Below the pieces are notes generated by a model. The model saw nothing but the letters and a program-made list of their open reading frames with translations, was not told the DNA's origin and did no database searches. A DNA stretch of 64,000 nucleotides from Hyaloraphidium curvatum SAG 235-1 (taxonomy: Eukaryota; Fungi; Monoblepharomycota): positions 471,028-535,027 of the forward strand of contig JAIVFI010000036.1 of the NCBI GenBank assembly GCA_025558095.1. The letters are read 5' to 3'. Of the stretch, positions 42,547-54,074 are shown one piece after another; positions within the stretch are counted from its first letter, which is position 1; each line of letters starts with the position of its first letter. The position numbers were made by a program, and so were the translations under genes.

Positions 42547-44485
42547 ATGCCAGCGATTCCCGGGCCCTTGCCACCCTTTTTGTGGGGTTGCCGCCCGCCT
42601 TCGGGCTTGACCCGTTGTCGCACACCGATGCCCTCGTCCACGGGCTCCTCGCCCGGGTCGGCGGAGTCCGATGACCGCGTTGCGCGGCGGCGGCGGCGGC
42701 GGCCCGTGCCCGCGCGCCGGCCGGCGTCCGGGGTGCCCGATCCCGTGTCGGACCCCCTGGCCGTGCCTCCGGGAACGCTGGCGGCGTGCCTCTCGGCCGT
42801 CTTCGAGCACGTGGCGGCGGCGGTGCCTGTGCTGCATCGACCCAGCGTGTTGGCGGCACTGGGGGCGTCGGCGGCGTCGCCCGGAGGAGATGGGCCGCCG
42901 GGGCTGGATGGGGGCAGCCCGTGGGGCGGCCGGCCCCTTGCCTTGCTATGTGCCGTCGCCGCCAACGCCGTACGACTTGCCGACCTTCCCTTGACCGCGA
43001 CGGAGCGCCGGCGGGCGGGATTCGCGCTGGCGGAGCGGGCACGTGCGTACCTCGCATCGGGCTACCTGGCCAGGCAGCACGGGGGTTGCTCGCCCTCGCC
43101 GGACGCCATATCGGACCTCGAGGCCGTGCAGGCAATGATCTTCCTGGGCCGATTCCTCGGCCCCGAGGGGCTGTACGACCAGGCGCGGGCCGTGGGGCGC
43201 AGGGCGTGGGACACGCTGGCCTCGGCAGCCTTGGCGGGGCACGGCGCGGCGGCCATCATCACGGACCCGCATGCCGTGCCGGCCGATGCTTCCGAATGGG
43301 CAGCCCAGGAGATGTGGCTGCGGGCCGCCAGCTATTTGTGCTGGTCAGAGCTCAACGCGCGCGCCTTCACGGGCGAGATCGTGGACCCCACCACGGGTGT
43401 GCTCGCCGGACCTTTGGCGCTGCCCTGCAGCGAGGACCTGTTTTTGCTCCCCGCCGACGATGCCTTTGCCCTCTGCGCGGAAGGCGCCCGTCCGCGCGCC
43501 GTCGTCGACCCCTCCCCTTTACTGGTTGCCGCGCCCGACCCCGGCGCCGCCCACGCGTTCCCCGCCTCCCTGCTCTCACCCGTCCTCGACGGCCGCGCCT
43601 CCCGCACCTCGGTCTGGGTCCTCCTCTCCCTCATCTCCCGCGCCCGCGTGCACCTCCGCGCCCTGGCCACCCTGCACGCGCTCGATCCTGTCCTCGTCGC
43701 CTCCTCGGACCCGGGCAAAGATTCCATGCAGGAACGCGCCCTCCGCACCTCCGTCTCCGCCCTCCTTGCCCTCTCCTCCGGACTGCTCGACGCGCTCCCG
43801 CAGCTCCGCGGCCCCCCCGAAGCGTTGCACCCGCTCACACTTCGCCTCGCGGAGACCTTCGGCCCCGGCCCGGCAACAGGCTTGCTCACAACCCTCCTGG
43901 TGGTCGCCGCCGCCCCCGTCTTCCTCCTCACCGACCTCCCCGCCGGCTCTCCTGCCCCTCCCGGCCTCTTCTCTTCCCCGGCCTTCCTCACCGCTCTCGA
44001 CGGCTCGGCCGCCTGCCTCTCGGTGATGCGGTGGCAGCTTGCCCGCCCGCGCACGCTGCCCAGCACATTCCAGACGGCCTTCATTGCCGTGCTCAAGGTC
44101 GGCGCGTTCCTGGCGGGGTTGGAGGCCGCGGTGGGGGGCCTGCAGGAAAGCTGGGAGGGCGGGGCGGCGACGTGCCTGCGGTACGCCGAGGCGCTGGGGG
44201 CGTTCCACCCTGTCGGAAGTAAGTCTCTTTGGTGAGCGCCGCGCCGGCATTTCTCACGCGCCACCCTCCGGTGCAGCCGGGCCTGCAATCGCCTCCCTCC
44301 GCGCCCTCATCCCGCCCGCCTCCCCTTCCCTCGCGCTTTCGCCCCTCGCGGATCCCGGATTCCCGTGCGACGCGTTCGCGAGCATCGCCGGCGGGCACGC
44401 GAGCTTCCTCGAGCGGGTGGCGGGGAGGGGTTCGGCGAGGCGGTGGGAGGGCGGGAGGGTGGTTCCGGAGGACGAGGAGGCGTGA
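42547..44485 (+). CDS. Fungal-specific transcription factor middle-homology-region protein; no Zn2Cys6 seen; 3' intron starting at about 44219
   Basis: FEHV..VPVLHRPS, LLCAVAA, DLEAVQAM, EMWLR..CW and ALPCSEDLF follow the Fungal_trans pattern. GTAAGT donor near 44219. Confidence 0.6.
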
Positions 44486-44819
44486 CGGGCGGGGGTGGGT
44501 GCTGCGGGCGGGGACAAAACGCGAGCGGTGGGTCGGACGATCGGGATGGTGTGGCGAATTTGTGGGCTTGTAACATGGTTGTGCCGAATGAACCTGAAGG
44601 CAAGAAGAATGGCTGAAGTGCGAGCAACCCCCCCCCTCCACCTGAATCTGCTGCTGTTCCAACCTGCGCTTACGACCGTTCGTCACATCCACATCGGCGG
44701 GGAGTAAAAGCAATAAGGAGTTCTCTCGTTTGGACGCCGCGCTGTTGTATTGTTGTGTATTGTCGTGCTGGTCGAAACAACTCTTGAAGCTCCCATCATC
44801 ACCCTTTGCCTCCTCTTGT

Positions 44820-45158
44820 CTACACTGGCGCGCGGCGGTGCAGCTCCTGGTCGGCCTGGTAGACACAGCTGACCATGCCGCCGGCCGTGGCCTCGCCTGC
44901 GCGAGAGGCGGGGTAAGTGAGCGGTCCGCCCTGCCCGGCCCGGTCGCAGGACCCACAGCGCTCGCCCTCGACGCACTCGGCGCACGAGGATCTCTTGCTG
45001 ACGCGGATGCCGTCGGTGGGGAGGGCGGTCCTGTGGGTGCGGGAAGGGCGTCAGCGACACGATGAGGGGCCGGCTGCGGAGACCCACGCGACGCCGGCGA
45101 GGAGCGCGAGCAGCGCGACGAGGGCGATGAGGAGGACGGTGAGGCGGTTGGCGGCCAT
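44820..45158 (-). CDS. Small secreted Cys peptide (about 75 aa, two introns); not in the ORF track
   Basis: Manual splice gives MAANRLTVLLIALVALLALLAGVATALPTDGIRVSKR-SSCAECVEGERCEATAGGMVSCVYQADQELHRRAPV*. Both introns are GTGGGT..CAG. Confidence 0.65.
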
Positions 45159-45409
45159 GGCTGTAGCTGGTTGTCTTTCTTTGATGGGGCTCCCGCAAGT
45201 GGATCCCTGTCCTCAAGGGGACGGCCGTCCCAGGGCAACCCGCCGAATGGGGGAGGCGCTACTTCCCAGCGCGGAAACCCGGGCACATCGGATGGTGGAT
45301 GAGAGGAGGGAAGGCACATCGACATCTGTTGCCCTCTGTCCCGCCCTCTCCGCCGTCGGGTCCGTGCACGAGCGGCGTGCCAGTTTCCCGGAGCCGCATC
45401 GAGTCACTT

Positions 45410-45423
45410 CGCCTATATAGGCG
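45410..45423. promoter_or_regulatory. Palindromic TATA element CGCCTATATAGGCG between divergent secreted-protein genes
   Basis: Perfect 14 bp palindrome, about 105 nt upstream of ATG 45528 and about 250 nt from ATG 45158. Confidence 0.45.
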
Positions 45424-45527
45424 GACTCCCCGCACACCAGCCACAGGGATACGGAGTGCGGGGCATAAGAGGAGCGCCGTTGCGGAGCGCCACTCCAGGG
45501 ATCAAACCGAATCGAACCTGCAACAAG

Positions 45528-46188
45528 ATGCCTGCTCCTTCCGGCTCGCTCCTCGCGATCTGCGCCCTCCTGGGCCTCGCTGCGGTGGCCATTGCAGCGC
45601 CCACTGCCGGCAGCGTGCCCGTCTTTCGCCGCTCGTGCTCGGAGTGCGATATCGGCTCATACTGGTCTGGATCCCGCCTGCTCGCGCACAACCGAGATCG
45701 CCGCTGACCCGGCCCGGCCCACCTCACCCAGCGAATTCGGCTACCCCGGAGCCCCTCCCGACTCCCCCCTCGCCTGCATCACCAACCTCCGCGGCGTCTC
45801 CCTGTACAAGCGCTACGACCCCTTCATGGGCATGCCCTGCTCCAGCTCCGACGACTGCGACGCCCTGACGGACCCCCCGGCGACCTGCGGGCCCGACCGC
45901 GACAAGGCTAGCGACGTCACCTCCGCCATGGGGGTGGCCAGCGGCGCGGTGTGCAACCCCGTCAACGGCGACGCGTTGACCGTCGGGATGGCGGGGTCGT
46001 CGGTGCAGCTGCAGATGGCCGACTGCCTCGCCTCGTGCGAGGATCTGAGCGGGTTCCCAAAGTACGCGCAGGTGGTGCGCAACGGCAACGACTACGCGTG
46101 CCAGTGCGTGAACGAATGCGCCAAGGTCGCAACGGTGGTCGACGAAGTGCTGCTGTACAACATCCCCGGCAAGTGCGTGCCGGCTTGA
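45528..46188 (+). CDS. Secreted Cys-rich protein (shared N-module plus WSC-like cargo); one intron at about 45665-45731
   Basis: Signal peptide. Spliced FRRSCSECDIGSYCEFGYPGAPPDSPLACITNLRGVSLYKRY, then a domain with about 10 Cys. Confidence 0.75.
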
Positions 46189-46316
46189 GCGGGCAGGTAG
46201 CTAGGGAACGGACGTGGAATACCATTCTAACAAAACTGGGTTGGCACTATGCCTTCTTGTTGGGACCGCACTGGATAGTGTACATCCGCATTTAGACTGA
46301 CGTGAACGGGTACCCA

Positions 46317-47946
46317 TTACCCCGCGGCGCAGAACGACTCGACCGTCACCGGCACCCCCAGTCCCCTGAGCACCCCCCACACTGCCACCAGCACCGTCGC
46401 CGTCGTCGCCGCCACCGTCCTCACCACGGCCCAGTCCACCGCGAACCCGAGGTACCGCGCCTTGTGCCCGTCGAGGTCTCCGAAGCGGGCCAGCAGCGCG
46501 TCGTGCGCGCGCACGGCGTCGCCTTCCGGATCCGGGAACGAGGGAGGGGGCCGGTTGGCCAGCAGGGAAGCGAGGCGCAACCGCGCGGCTCGGTGCAGGG
46601 AGGCGACGGCGCTAATCCGGGCGTTGCTCCCGGCGTAGCAGGCCAGGTACGAGAGCTGCAGGACGACGGAGACGGCGAGGTTGAAGAGTGTCCAGAGGGG
46701 GATGCAGCCGAGCACCTGCGGGAACGGATTATCATTTCAAGGGGGCGCATGTGCCGAGGGCGGATCGAGACCCACGACGTTGATGACGATCGAGACGACG
46801 GTGAGCGGGATCAGAACGTAGCTGAACACCGCGGCGGTCTCCGCCCCTGAGCACGGGAAGCAGCCCCTCCTTCCACTGTTCGAGAAGGTGCATCTGCAGA
46901 TCCTGGTACGCCCGCGTCGCGGGGCCTTCGAGCTGCAGCGGCCCGTTGCCCCGCTCGGCCGCCTGCACGAGCCCAGAGAGCGCGAGCAGCATCGCGCGGG
47001 CCTGCAGGCGGGAGGAGAGGAAAAAAACGCCGGCGTTGGGGACGCCGGGGATGTTGACGAGGTTGGCGGCCAGGGCGACGAACCAGGTGCCGACTGCGGG
47101 GCGGGCGGTGAGTTGAGGACGGGGCAGGGGAGAACAGGAGAGCCCACGGAGCATGGCGGCGAGCAGTACAGACCACCAGGTGCCCCAAAAGGTGCTGGCG
47201 AGGGTAACGAACGGGGTCCAGAGGACGAACACGGGGAGCTGGAGTCCAACGCGGGCGCAGATTTCGGCGATGTAGAGCAGGGCGGTGGTGTGCAGCGAGC
47301 TGGAGGCGCAGGACTCGCGGGGGCACGAGCACAGTTCGTCGCCCGGGTCGTGCGTCACGAGCGGCGATACCTCTGCCTCGTCCATTCCGCCCGCCGGGCC
47401 GCCGTCCGCCCGACTCTCCAAGGCCAGCGCGGCCCAGCGGGCGACGTACCCCAGGGTGTACTCCGCCCGTGCCAGCGGGTCGCTATGTCTTCGCCGGAAC
47501 GCCGAACGCACGAAGGTCACCAGGAAAGCGAGGGTGCCGATCACCCACAGGGCGTAGGCGACGACGCCCGCGGCCACCTGCCGCGCCCCGAACTGATCGA
47601 CTGCACCGAGGCCGGGTGACGCTGCCAGCACCACCAAGCACATGACGTTCGCCGCGAGGTTCGCCCACGCGATGAAGAGGTAGAACCACCGCGGCGCGCG
47701 GGCCGCCGGCCACGAGAGGGCGGCGAACAGCGGGGAAGCACGGCCGGCGAGGCGCACGGCCGCGCGGGGATCCAGCGGGTGCGCGGCGGCGTAGGCAGAG
47801 ACATCCGCGGCGATAGAGTCCGAGTCCTGGGGCGAATCGCCGCGGAAGACGGGGCGGACGGGGCGGAACGCGGGGAGCACCGCCAGCCACTCGGGGGGCG
47901 ACAGCGGCGCGGGGACAAAGGGCCGCGGCGCCTTCGACACGTCCAT
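46317..47946 (-). CDS. Multi-pass membrane protein of unknown function (possible 7TM/GRL-DUF3537-like topology); introns
   Basis: About 7 hydrophobic segments, a HDPGDELCSCP..C loop, and C-terminal KARYLGFAVDWAVVRTVAATTATVLVAVWGVLRGLG. Confidence 0.7.
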
Positions 47947-48482
47947 AGTCCGCTGCGGCAGACGCAGGCGGCTCGAGGGCCGGGCGCCGAGCGGGGGCCG
48001 TCCGGTGGAACAAGGCGATGTTTCGGTGTCCCCGCCGTCACCCATCGATCCGAAACAAATCGCCCACGATCGAGGACCGAAAAGTAGTTTGAATGAGAAT
48101 GAGAAGCTGAGCCGCCTGATTGATGGACTTCTTGTTTGTTCAGTCCACAAACAGGACATGCCTCGGGATGGACAGGGTAGAAGGCTGGCACGCCTCCGGA
48201 TCCCCAATAAACCTTGGTTGCGGGGCCAGTTGGTGGTCAGAGCAAGGCAAGCATTGATCAAATACCGAGTAAACAGGCAGGCAAGCGCGCACCCGGCGCC
48301 GGAGCCCGAAGCTGTACACCGCCCCGACCGCCGCGGGGCCAATCCTCCATTCCACCGAGCCCTAGCCAATCCCGTGCACGCCACGTGCTTCAGTCCCCAT
48401 GCAGTAGAGTCCCCAAGCCGTGGAGCCAGCCCTCATACCAAGTCAGTGTCCTCCCCACAACCCGCCGCCGCACGGCGCCGCG

Positions 48483-49001
48483 TCACGCCCTCCCTTTGGC
48501 CGACCCCGCCCACCCCCCCATCCTCCCGATATCCCCCACCCCGATCCCCGCGTAGGGATTCCCTACGCTCCGCGTCAGCCTGCTCGTGTCCGCCCTGGCC
48601 TCCTTGGCCCCCTGCAGCGGCAGCGAGCTCCACCCCCTGTTTGCGGCGGCGGCCAGCACCAGCGCCGGCGACAGCGAGGTCGTCCGCAGCGAGGCCGGCA
48701 GGGTGCTCGTGCGGCGGGAGGAGCCGCCGGTGCGGGGGGCGTCGCACTCCGAGTCCGAGTCGGAGAGGCCCAAGTCGCTGGGCTCGCTCTCGTAGCCCTC
48801 GTCGCCCGCCTCGGTCGGCGAGGGGCAGCGGCACGTCGAGTCCGAGCCCGCGGAGGGCGTGCGGGCCGGGGCCGCGGTGGTCCACGGCTTGGCGGCCGCG
48901 GCGAGCACGACGGAGTGCCGCCGCGCGGCGAGGGCGGCGGGCGCGGGCGCCGGCGGGAGACCGCACGCGGGGCAGCGCGGGGGCGCCGCGGCGGTCGTCA
49001 T
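48483..49001 (-). CDS. Hypothetical disordered protein (CPAC, RRHS, acidic DEGYES)
   Basis: ATG ORF of 172 aa with GC3-rich codons. Its composition resembles the PP1-family proteins but it lacks their motifs. Confidence 0.45.
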   Translation of the reverse strand: MTTAAAPPRCPACGLPPAPAPAALAARRHSVVLAAAAKPWTTAAPARTPSAGSDSTCRCPSPTEAGDEGYESEPSDLGLSDSDSECDAPRTGGSSRRTSTLPASLRTTSLSPALVLAAAANRGWSSLPLQGAKEARADTSRLTRSVGNPYAGIGVGDIGRMGGWAGSAKGRA

Positions 49002-49814
49002 CTTTTTGCGTGAAGTGTCAATGCGATGTCTGCTTGGAAGACGTTGTTTCGAGCCTGGCTTCGGTGGCGGCCGGCCGCGCGCGGATCCCGCGTCGGTTGG
49101 ACAGACGAACCCAACCCCCACCTCGGTGCCGGGAGCACGCTGCGCAACGACAATGCGACCCAACACTAATCTCTATCTTGGCAATAGGTGCCGCACCTCC
49201 GACGGCGGTCGGCCCGGTGAATCGTGAGTGGCAGCGAAAAGCGTAGGCTTGGGACCCGAACTCCCCCGAGTTGAGCCAAAAATGCAGGGAACTTTATGCG
49301 GCCCCCTGCGGCTGCCCATGCACCGACGGAATCCGGCCCCATTTGCAGCCCGCGACTAACCAGTGCCAGGCCTCCCTCCCAGCACCCGACCGCGCGCCGC
49401 GGCTGCTGCCGCCGCGGACCGGCCCCGCGCCGATCGCATCGGGACCCGATCGTTCCTGGGAGGCCGCGGGACCGCCACCGGGCGTCGGGCGAGCCAAAAG
49501 TAGCGCTGAGGCGACGGAGTGCGCGCGGTGCAATCGTATTGGCGTGCGATGGGGCGTTCGGCGATGCTGGGAGGGGCCGAAAGTGAGGTGCAGGTGGCTC
49601 CGCGGCCGTCATTACTCTCGAGCTGGGCGAAGAGACAGCAGAATAAACCGGACGCGGCAGCTATCGCTTGGACTTTCAGATGGAGAGCTCTATGAATTTG
49701 TCGATCATGCCAGTCGTCGCCCACATTACCCTGCTAGGTCACTGCCGCTGCTCTCACAGCTCATGCCATCCAACCAAAGTCGGTTGCTTCCGGGAACGAT
49801 GTCGCGACGCGCTG

Positions 49815-50459
49815 CTACAGAATCCCGACGAATCCTCGGAGTAGCAGCGATCCCGCCAGCGCGCACCCGGATCCGGCGAAAGCCTTCACCGCACCCGACG
49901 GCCTCGTCGTCGTCGTCGCCGCGCCGCCTCCGGCTCCTCCCGTCGGCCTCGCGCCTCCCACGGGTCCCCCTGTCGCCTGGGCCTGGTCGCACCGCCCGTC
50001 GTCGGCCCCGATATCGGCGTCGGTCTGGGATGACGCCGAAACGGCGGCCGTCGTGATCCCCGCGACGAACCGCACCCTGCCCAGCTGCGCAAACGCGCAC
50101 GGGACGGTCCAGCTGGTCGCGTAAGCGTAGCTCCCGTTCCCCTGCAAGGCCGGCCCGGGGACGGTGGCGATGTCCAGCGTGGGCCGCGTGCCGCCGGTGG
50201 CGCTTAGGAAGACGAGGGTGAAGGTGCAGGGGACTCCGGCGAGCACGGTGCCGTTGGCCGGGAGGGAGAGGCGCACCGTGTCGCGGGGGCGGAGGAAGGC
50301 GGGGGTGGCCGAGAGGCTGCCGATGGGGGGGGTGAAGCCGGCGGTGCGGTTGGTTTGGCGGGGGAGCGGAGGGCCGGAGGAGGACGCGGCCGCGGGGAGA
50401 GCGAAGAGGGAGAGGGCCGCGAGGGAAAGCAGGAAGGAGAGGGACTTTCGAGGCAGCAT
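49815..50459 (-). CDS. Secreted, probably GPI-anchored Ser/Thr-rich surface protein
   Basis: Signal peptide LSFLLSLAALSLFALPAAA, a beta-rich domain with SWTVP, a G/T linker, then an SGA omega-like site and a hydrophobic C-terminus. Confidence 0.7.
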   Translation of the reverse strand: MLPRKSLSFLLSLAALSLFALPAAASSSGPPLPRQTNRTAGFTPPIGSLSATPAFLRPRDTVRLSLPANGTVLAGVPCTFTLVFLSATGGTRPTLDIATVPGPALQGNGSYAYATSWTVPCAFAQLGRVRFVAGITTAAVSASSQTDADIGADDGRCDQAQATGGPVGGARPTGGAGGGAATTTTRPSGAVKAFAGSGCALAGSLLLRGFVGIL

Positions 50460-51155
50460 TGTGCGGTGCGGGCCGGGAAAGTGCGATCCCTCGGCGGGAA
50501 GTCGCCGCTGCCCTTGCGACCCTCCGTCATTTGAGGGATCGTGGCTTGGCTTCGCCCCTCGTTGGACGTTGGGAAAACATCAAACGGCCTCCGAGATGAG
50601 GAGACGGAGTACCACTCTCCACTCCCGCGGGCATCTTCGTCCACAGGGGGTATATTCGGCCCAGAAGGCCGCATAGCTCTACGCCCGTCGTACAAGCGGG
50701 CAAGCCCCCATCCGCCCAACATTTGCGGCGAGGGGTCTATAGGAGGCGGCGAGGATGAGCCTGTCCGCGGGTTGGGGATCCGATTGGGGAGGGGGTGCGG
50801 CGCGGTGGTGCTGCACCTTGGCGACGCGAGAGCCGGCCGTGCGGGACGAACGCTGGGGACCCAAAGGCGGTGTGCGTATAGCGCGGCGACGAGGCAGCAG
50901 GGCACGTGGTGCCCGAGGAAAGAATGTAGGAGAGCCGGGTTGCGCGCGGGCCAAATCACGCGGGGCAGGCGATCGCGCGCCGAGCGTCCAGACAGTAGCA
51001 GTGCGGCGATCCCACACTCGGAGCCAACCGATGCGCACAAGGAGCGAAGGCTTGCGCGGCGGGTTCCGAAGCGGTTCGCGGGGAGCGAGGGGAGAAGGAG
51101 GCTGTGCTGCTTTCTCCCCGTTGCCGAGTTGTCGAGCGACCATACCGAGGTCCAA

Positions 51156-52151
51156 TTATCCCCATCCGGGGTTCCCGTCGACGGCATCGACGGTCCTCAC
51201 GGCAGTGGTCCCCGACGTCCCCCTCAACGGCTCCAACCAAGCGCCCCAGTCCACATCCCCCCAATCCCGCCCATCGTCGTCGCCCTCCTCCTCCGGGCCC
51301 AGCATCCCGAACCGCGCATAGTCCTCCTTTGCCCACGTGTAGCTGCACAGCACGCTCGCGGAGAACAAGACCCTCTTGCCGCCCTCAGCGTGCGGCTTGT
51401 CCGGAGAAGGGTCGTACGCGACGCGGTGGTCGTCGTGGTGGTGCGGCTCGATGTACGCCCGGGGCAGCGTGGGCGGGCGGTAGTCCCCGCGCCAGGTCCT
51501 CGGCATGGGAGGCGATGGGTTTGTTTCGGCCTCGGGAGGGGGCGCGAACGGGTCGAACGGCGGCGGTTCGCGCGCGTCGGGGTCGTCGTCGAACACGGCG
51601 TTGTGCAGGTCCTCCTCCTCCCCCGAATCGTAGCCGGGGGCGGCGGGCGGCGCCTTGGCCGCCTCCTCCGCGAGCTCCTCGCGAGCCAGGTCGGCCTGCT
51701 GTGCCGCGAAACACTCCCAGCAGAACCCGTCCTCGTCGGCGCTACCGTGCGGACATGTGGCCGACGGGGTGAAGGCTGGCAGCCAGATGTCGTTGCCCTT
51801 CTTCAAAGGTTCGAGCTCGGGAGCGGCCGGGGCGCTGCCGCCCACCAGGGAAGGGCGGCGGCCGGGCGGGGCCCCCTGCGTGCCGCGCGAGTAGAGCTCG
51901 AGGCTGTCCTGCGCGGTGCCCAGCGACGGCACCCGCAGCGTGCCCGACGAGCCCGCGGACGCGAGCGACGAGTCCGAGCCGCCGCGCGTCGGCGACGTGC
52001 TCAGGAGGTTCAGAAGGATGGCGCGCTGCACCGACGGCCGCCGCCCCGCCGCCCGCGGCGCCGCCTTCTCTCCGCCGTCGCCGGCCATGCTGTAGGAGAG
52101 GGACACGCCGCTGTCCGTCGCCGAGGTCTCGCGGAGGTGCGACGGGTTCAT
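51156..52151 (-). CDS. Family member M (dispersed, longer copy): putative PP1-interacting protein
   Basis: QDSLELY, two RRPS, CPHGSADEDGFCWEC and GKRVLFSASVLCSYTWAKEDYARFG. Confidence 0.78.
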   Translation of the reverse strand: MNPSHLRETSATDSGVSLSYSMAGDGGEKAAPRAAGRRPSVQRAILLNLLSTSPTRGGSDSSLASAGSSGTLRVPSLGTAQDSLELYSRGTQGAPPGRRPSLVGGSAPAAPELEPLKKGNDIWLPAFTPSATCPHGSADEDGFCWECFAAQQADLAREELAEEAAKAPPAAPGYDSGEEEDLHNAVFDDDPDAREPPPFDPFAPPPEAETNPSPPMPRTWRGDYRPPTLPRAYIEPHHHDDHRVAYDPSPDKPHAEGGKRVLFSASVLCSYTWAKEDYARFGMLGPEEEGDDDGRDWGDVDWGAWLEPLRGTSGTTAVRTVDAVDGNPGWG

Positions 52152-52361
52152 GCCGTTTTGTGGCTGCGGATGGGCCTCGTCTAGGCCCGGGGCCGGCCGG
52201 CGTCGGTGCCGGGAGCGCCCGATCGTCCAAAGTCATCCCCTGCACGTCGCACGCTATGCGGTTGCACGTGCAAGCTGGGCCGCTGCGGACTCTCTCCACC
52301 CGCACTATGTGCCTGCCCGGACGGAATGCCTCGGAACGAATGTGGGCGCGCTTCCATTTTC

Positions 52362-52371
52362 GTGACGTCAC
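52362..52371. promoter_or_regulatory. CRE/ATF palindrome GTGACGTCAC upstream of family member M
   Basis: Exact TGACGTCA about 210 nt upstream of ATG 52151. Confidence 0.4.
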
Positions 52372-53093
52372 ATTCGGTCCCTAGCCTCCAGTTGCCATCG
52401 CCGACCGCGGCGACCGCAATTACTCCGACAGGCCCGATCCGATCGGCAGCCTCCCCATCGGCCTACAAAGGCCGAGGACCTGTCGGCGCCAGGGTCGCTT
52501 CCACCCGGACCGGGGCAGGAGCCGAACCCCGCGACCCGGACGGCGTCGGGGTCCGGCCGACGTCGGGGTCGGCCAGGAACATCCGACTCGCCGGGCGACC
52601 CCGTCGCAGGCCGCCACTGTGACCTCCCGCACTCGGAAGCGCCGTGATGACGTCCTACTTCGAGGGACGCGGCTTTGTCGGGCTTCTCGGATCAGCACGG
52701 CCGAGTGGCAAGTGGACCCCACTTGCGCCGGGTGAGGGGTCGAGGGGTACCTGGGTTGGCGTAACCGGTGTTGGCTGACAACGCTCCGGGAAGCTGTGGA
52801 TGAAGATCCCCGTGCCGATCTCGCCTCCGTGGCCGTGCATCGACGATAACGGCGGCTAGGGCATGCATCACCCCGCACACCAGCCGGCGACGCTTCCAGG
52901 GGACCGGGACTCGGACGCATATTGATGCCATTCATGCACGGGCGGTCACCGACAGCTATTGGCCAAAGCGTCTTACATCCACCGAAAACCCCTACGGAGA
53001 TAGTGTAGGCGCTAGCTGCGCCATGTCCCGCGCACGCAGGTCGCGCCCATCTGCCCACACGAAGAATGGTGACAGGGACCCGCCCCGCCGCCG

Positions 53094-53824
53094 CTAAAAC
53101 GGGGTGTTTAGGGCGCCGCAGCAGCCTGCCCAATTGCCCTTGACGGGGTTGGCTGTGGTGCAGGTAGCGTCGCCTCCCGCGTCGACTTCGCCGGTGCTCG
53201 TGCTGCACTTCAACACCTGCGCGTCGGCCGTCAGGTACGCCAGCTGGTTCCCGATGGCGCAAGGCTTTACGCCCGTGGCGCAAGAGAAAGCGGAAACTAG
53301 GCCGTGGGTAATGCCGACGCAGCAACGCCCCGAGTCTCCGATCGACGATATCGAGCCCTGCAAGCACACGCCCGTTCCCGAGGGGGTGCCTTCGGGATAG
53401 CCTTGGCCCGAGGCAGTGTCGCACGCTTGGTATTCCGCACCGCACACGAAGAGGCTGGAGCTCGGCCAGAGGCACGTGTACGCGCTGTTGGCGTAGCGGC
53501 GGTAAAGAGCGACGCGATCGGAGGCAGGGTAGGTGACGCAGGCGACGCGGTCCTCGGGAGCGCCGAGGTAGGAAAACTCGCTAATGGGCGCGCCGGGGTC
53601 AGAAGTGCCTGGCACGCGCGGGGCCGCGTATCTACCAAATCGCGCCCTCGTCGCATTCGCTGCAGCTGCGGCGGAAGATAGCGTGGGGCTCGGTGGGGGC
53701 GGCGCTGCCAGGAGTGGTGGAGTCAGGGGCCGCCGTCTGCGGGTGGCGTTGGGGGGGCTGACCTGGCTCCTGGGAGCGTCAGGGCGGCGGCGGCCAGCAG
53801 GAACAGGATCAGGACGCTCTTCAT
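53094..53824 (-). CDS. Secreted Cys-rich protein (shared N-module plus a different Cys-rich cargo); two introns
   Basis: Spliced MKSVLILFLLAAAALTLPGASAAPTEPHAIFRRSCSECDEGAICEFSYLGAPEDRVACVTYPASDRVALYRRY, then a 12-Cys region. Confidence 0.75.
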
Positions 53825-54074
53825 TTCGCTTTCGGGCGTGCGATAATGTGACGTGACGCGTGGATTCGGTGCGGTTAGGCGCTGGTTGACGTGCACCAGC
53901 CTCGCGTCGCGAACCAGCCCAGCGTCGTGACTCAACATCTCCGGCATTCCCTTCGGTGACACGGAAATCCCGAGCCGGACGACTCGAAGCACTCCGATGG
54001 GTCCCTTTGGTGCCGGTCTCGAGGTCGTACAGCGCGTTCCGGCGCCGACAGCGGTCGCGAGATCGCTATCCTTG

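Noticed and set aside
49240-49280. T-loop-like hairpin GGGACCCGAACTCCC (also GTTCGAG near 21503) suggesting a tRNA
   Set aside because: I could not build a cloverleaf or an A-box around either site.
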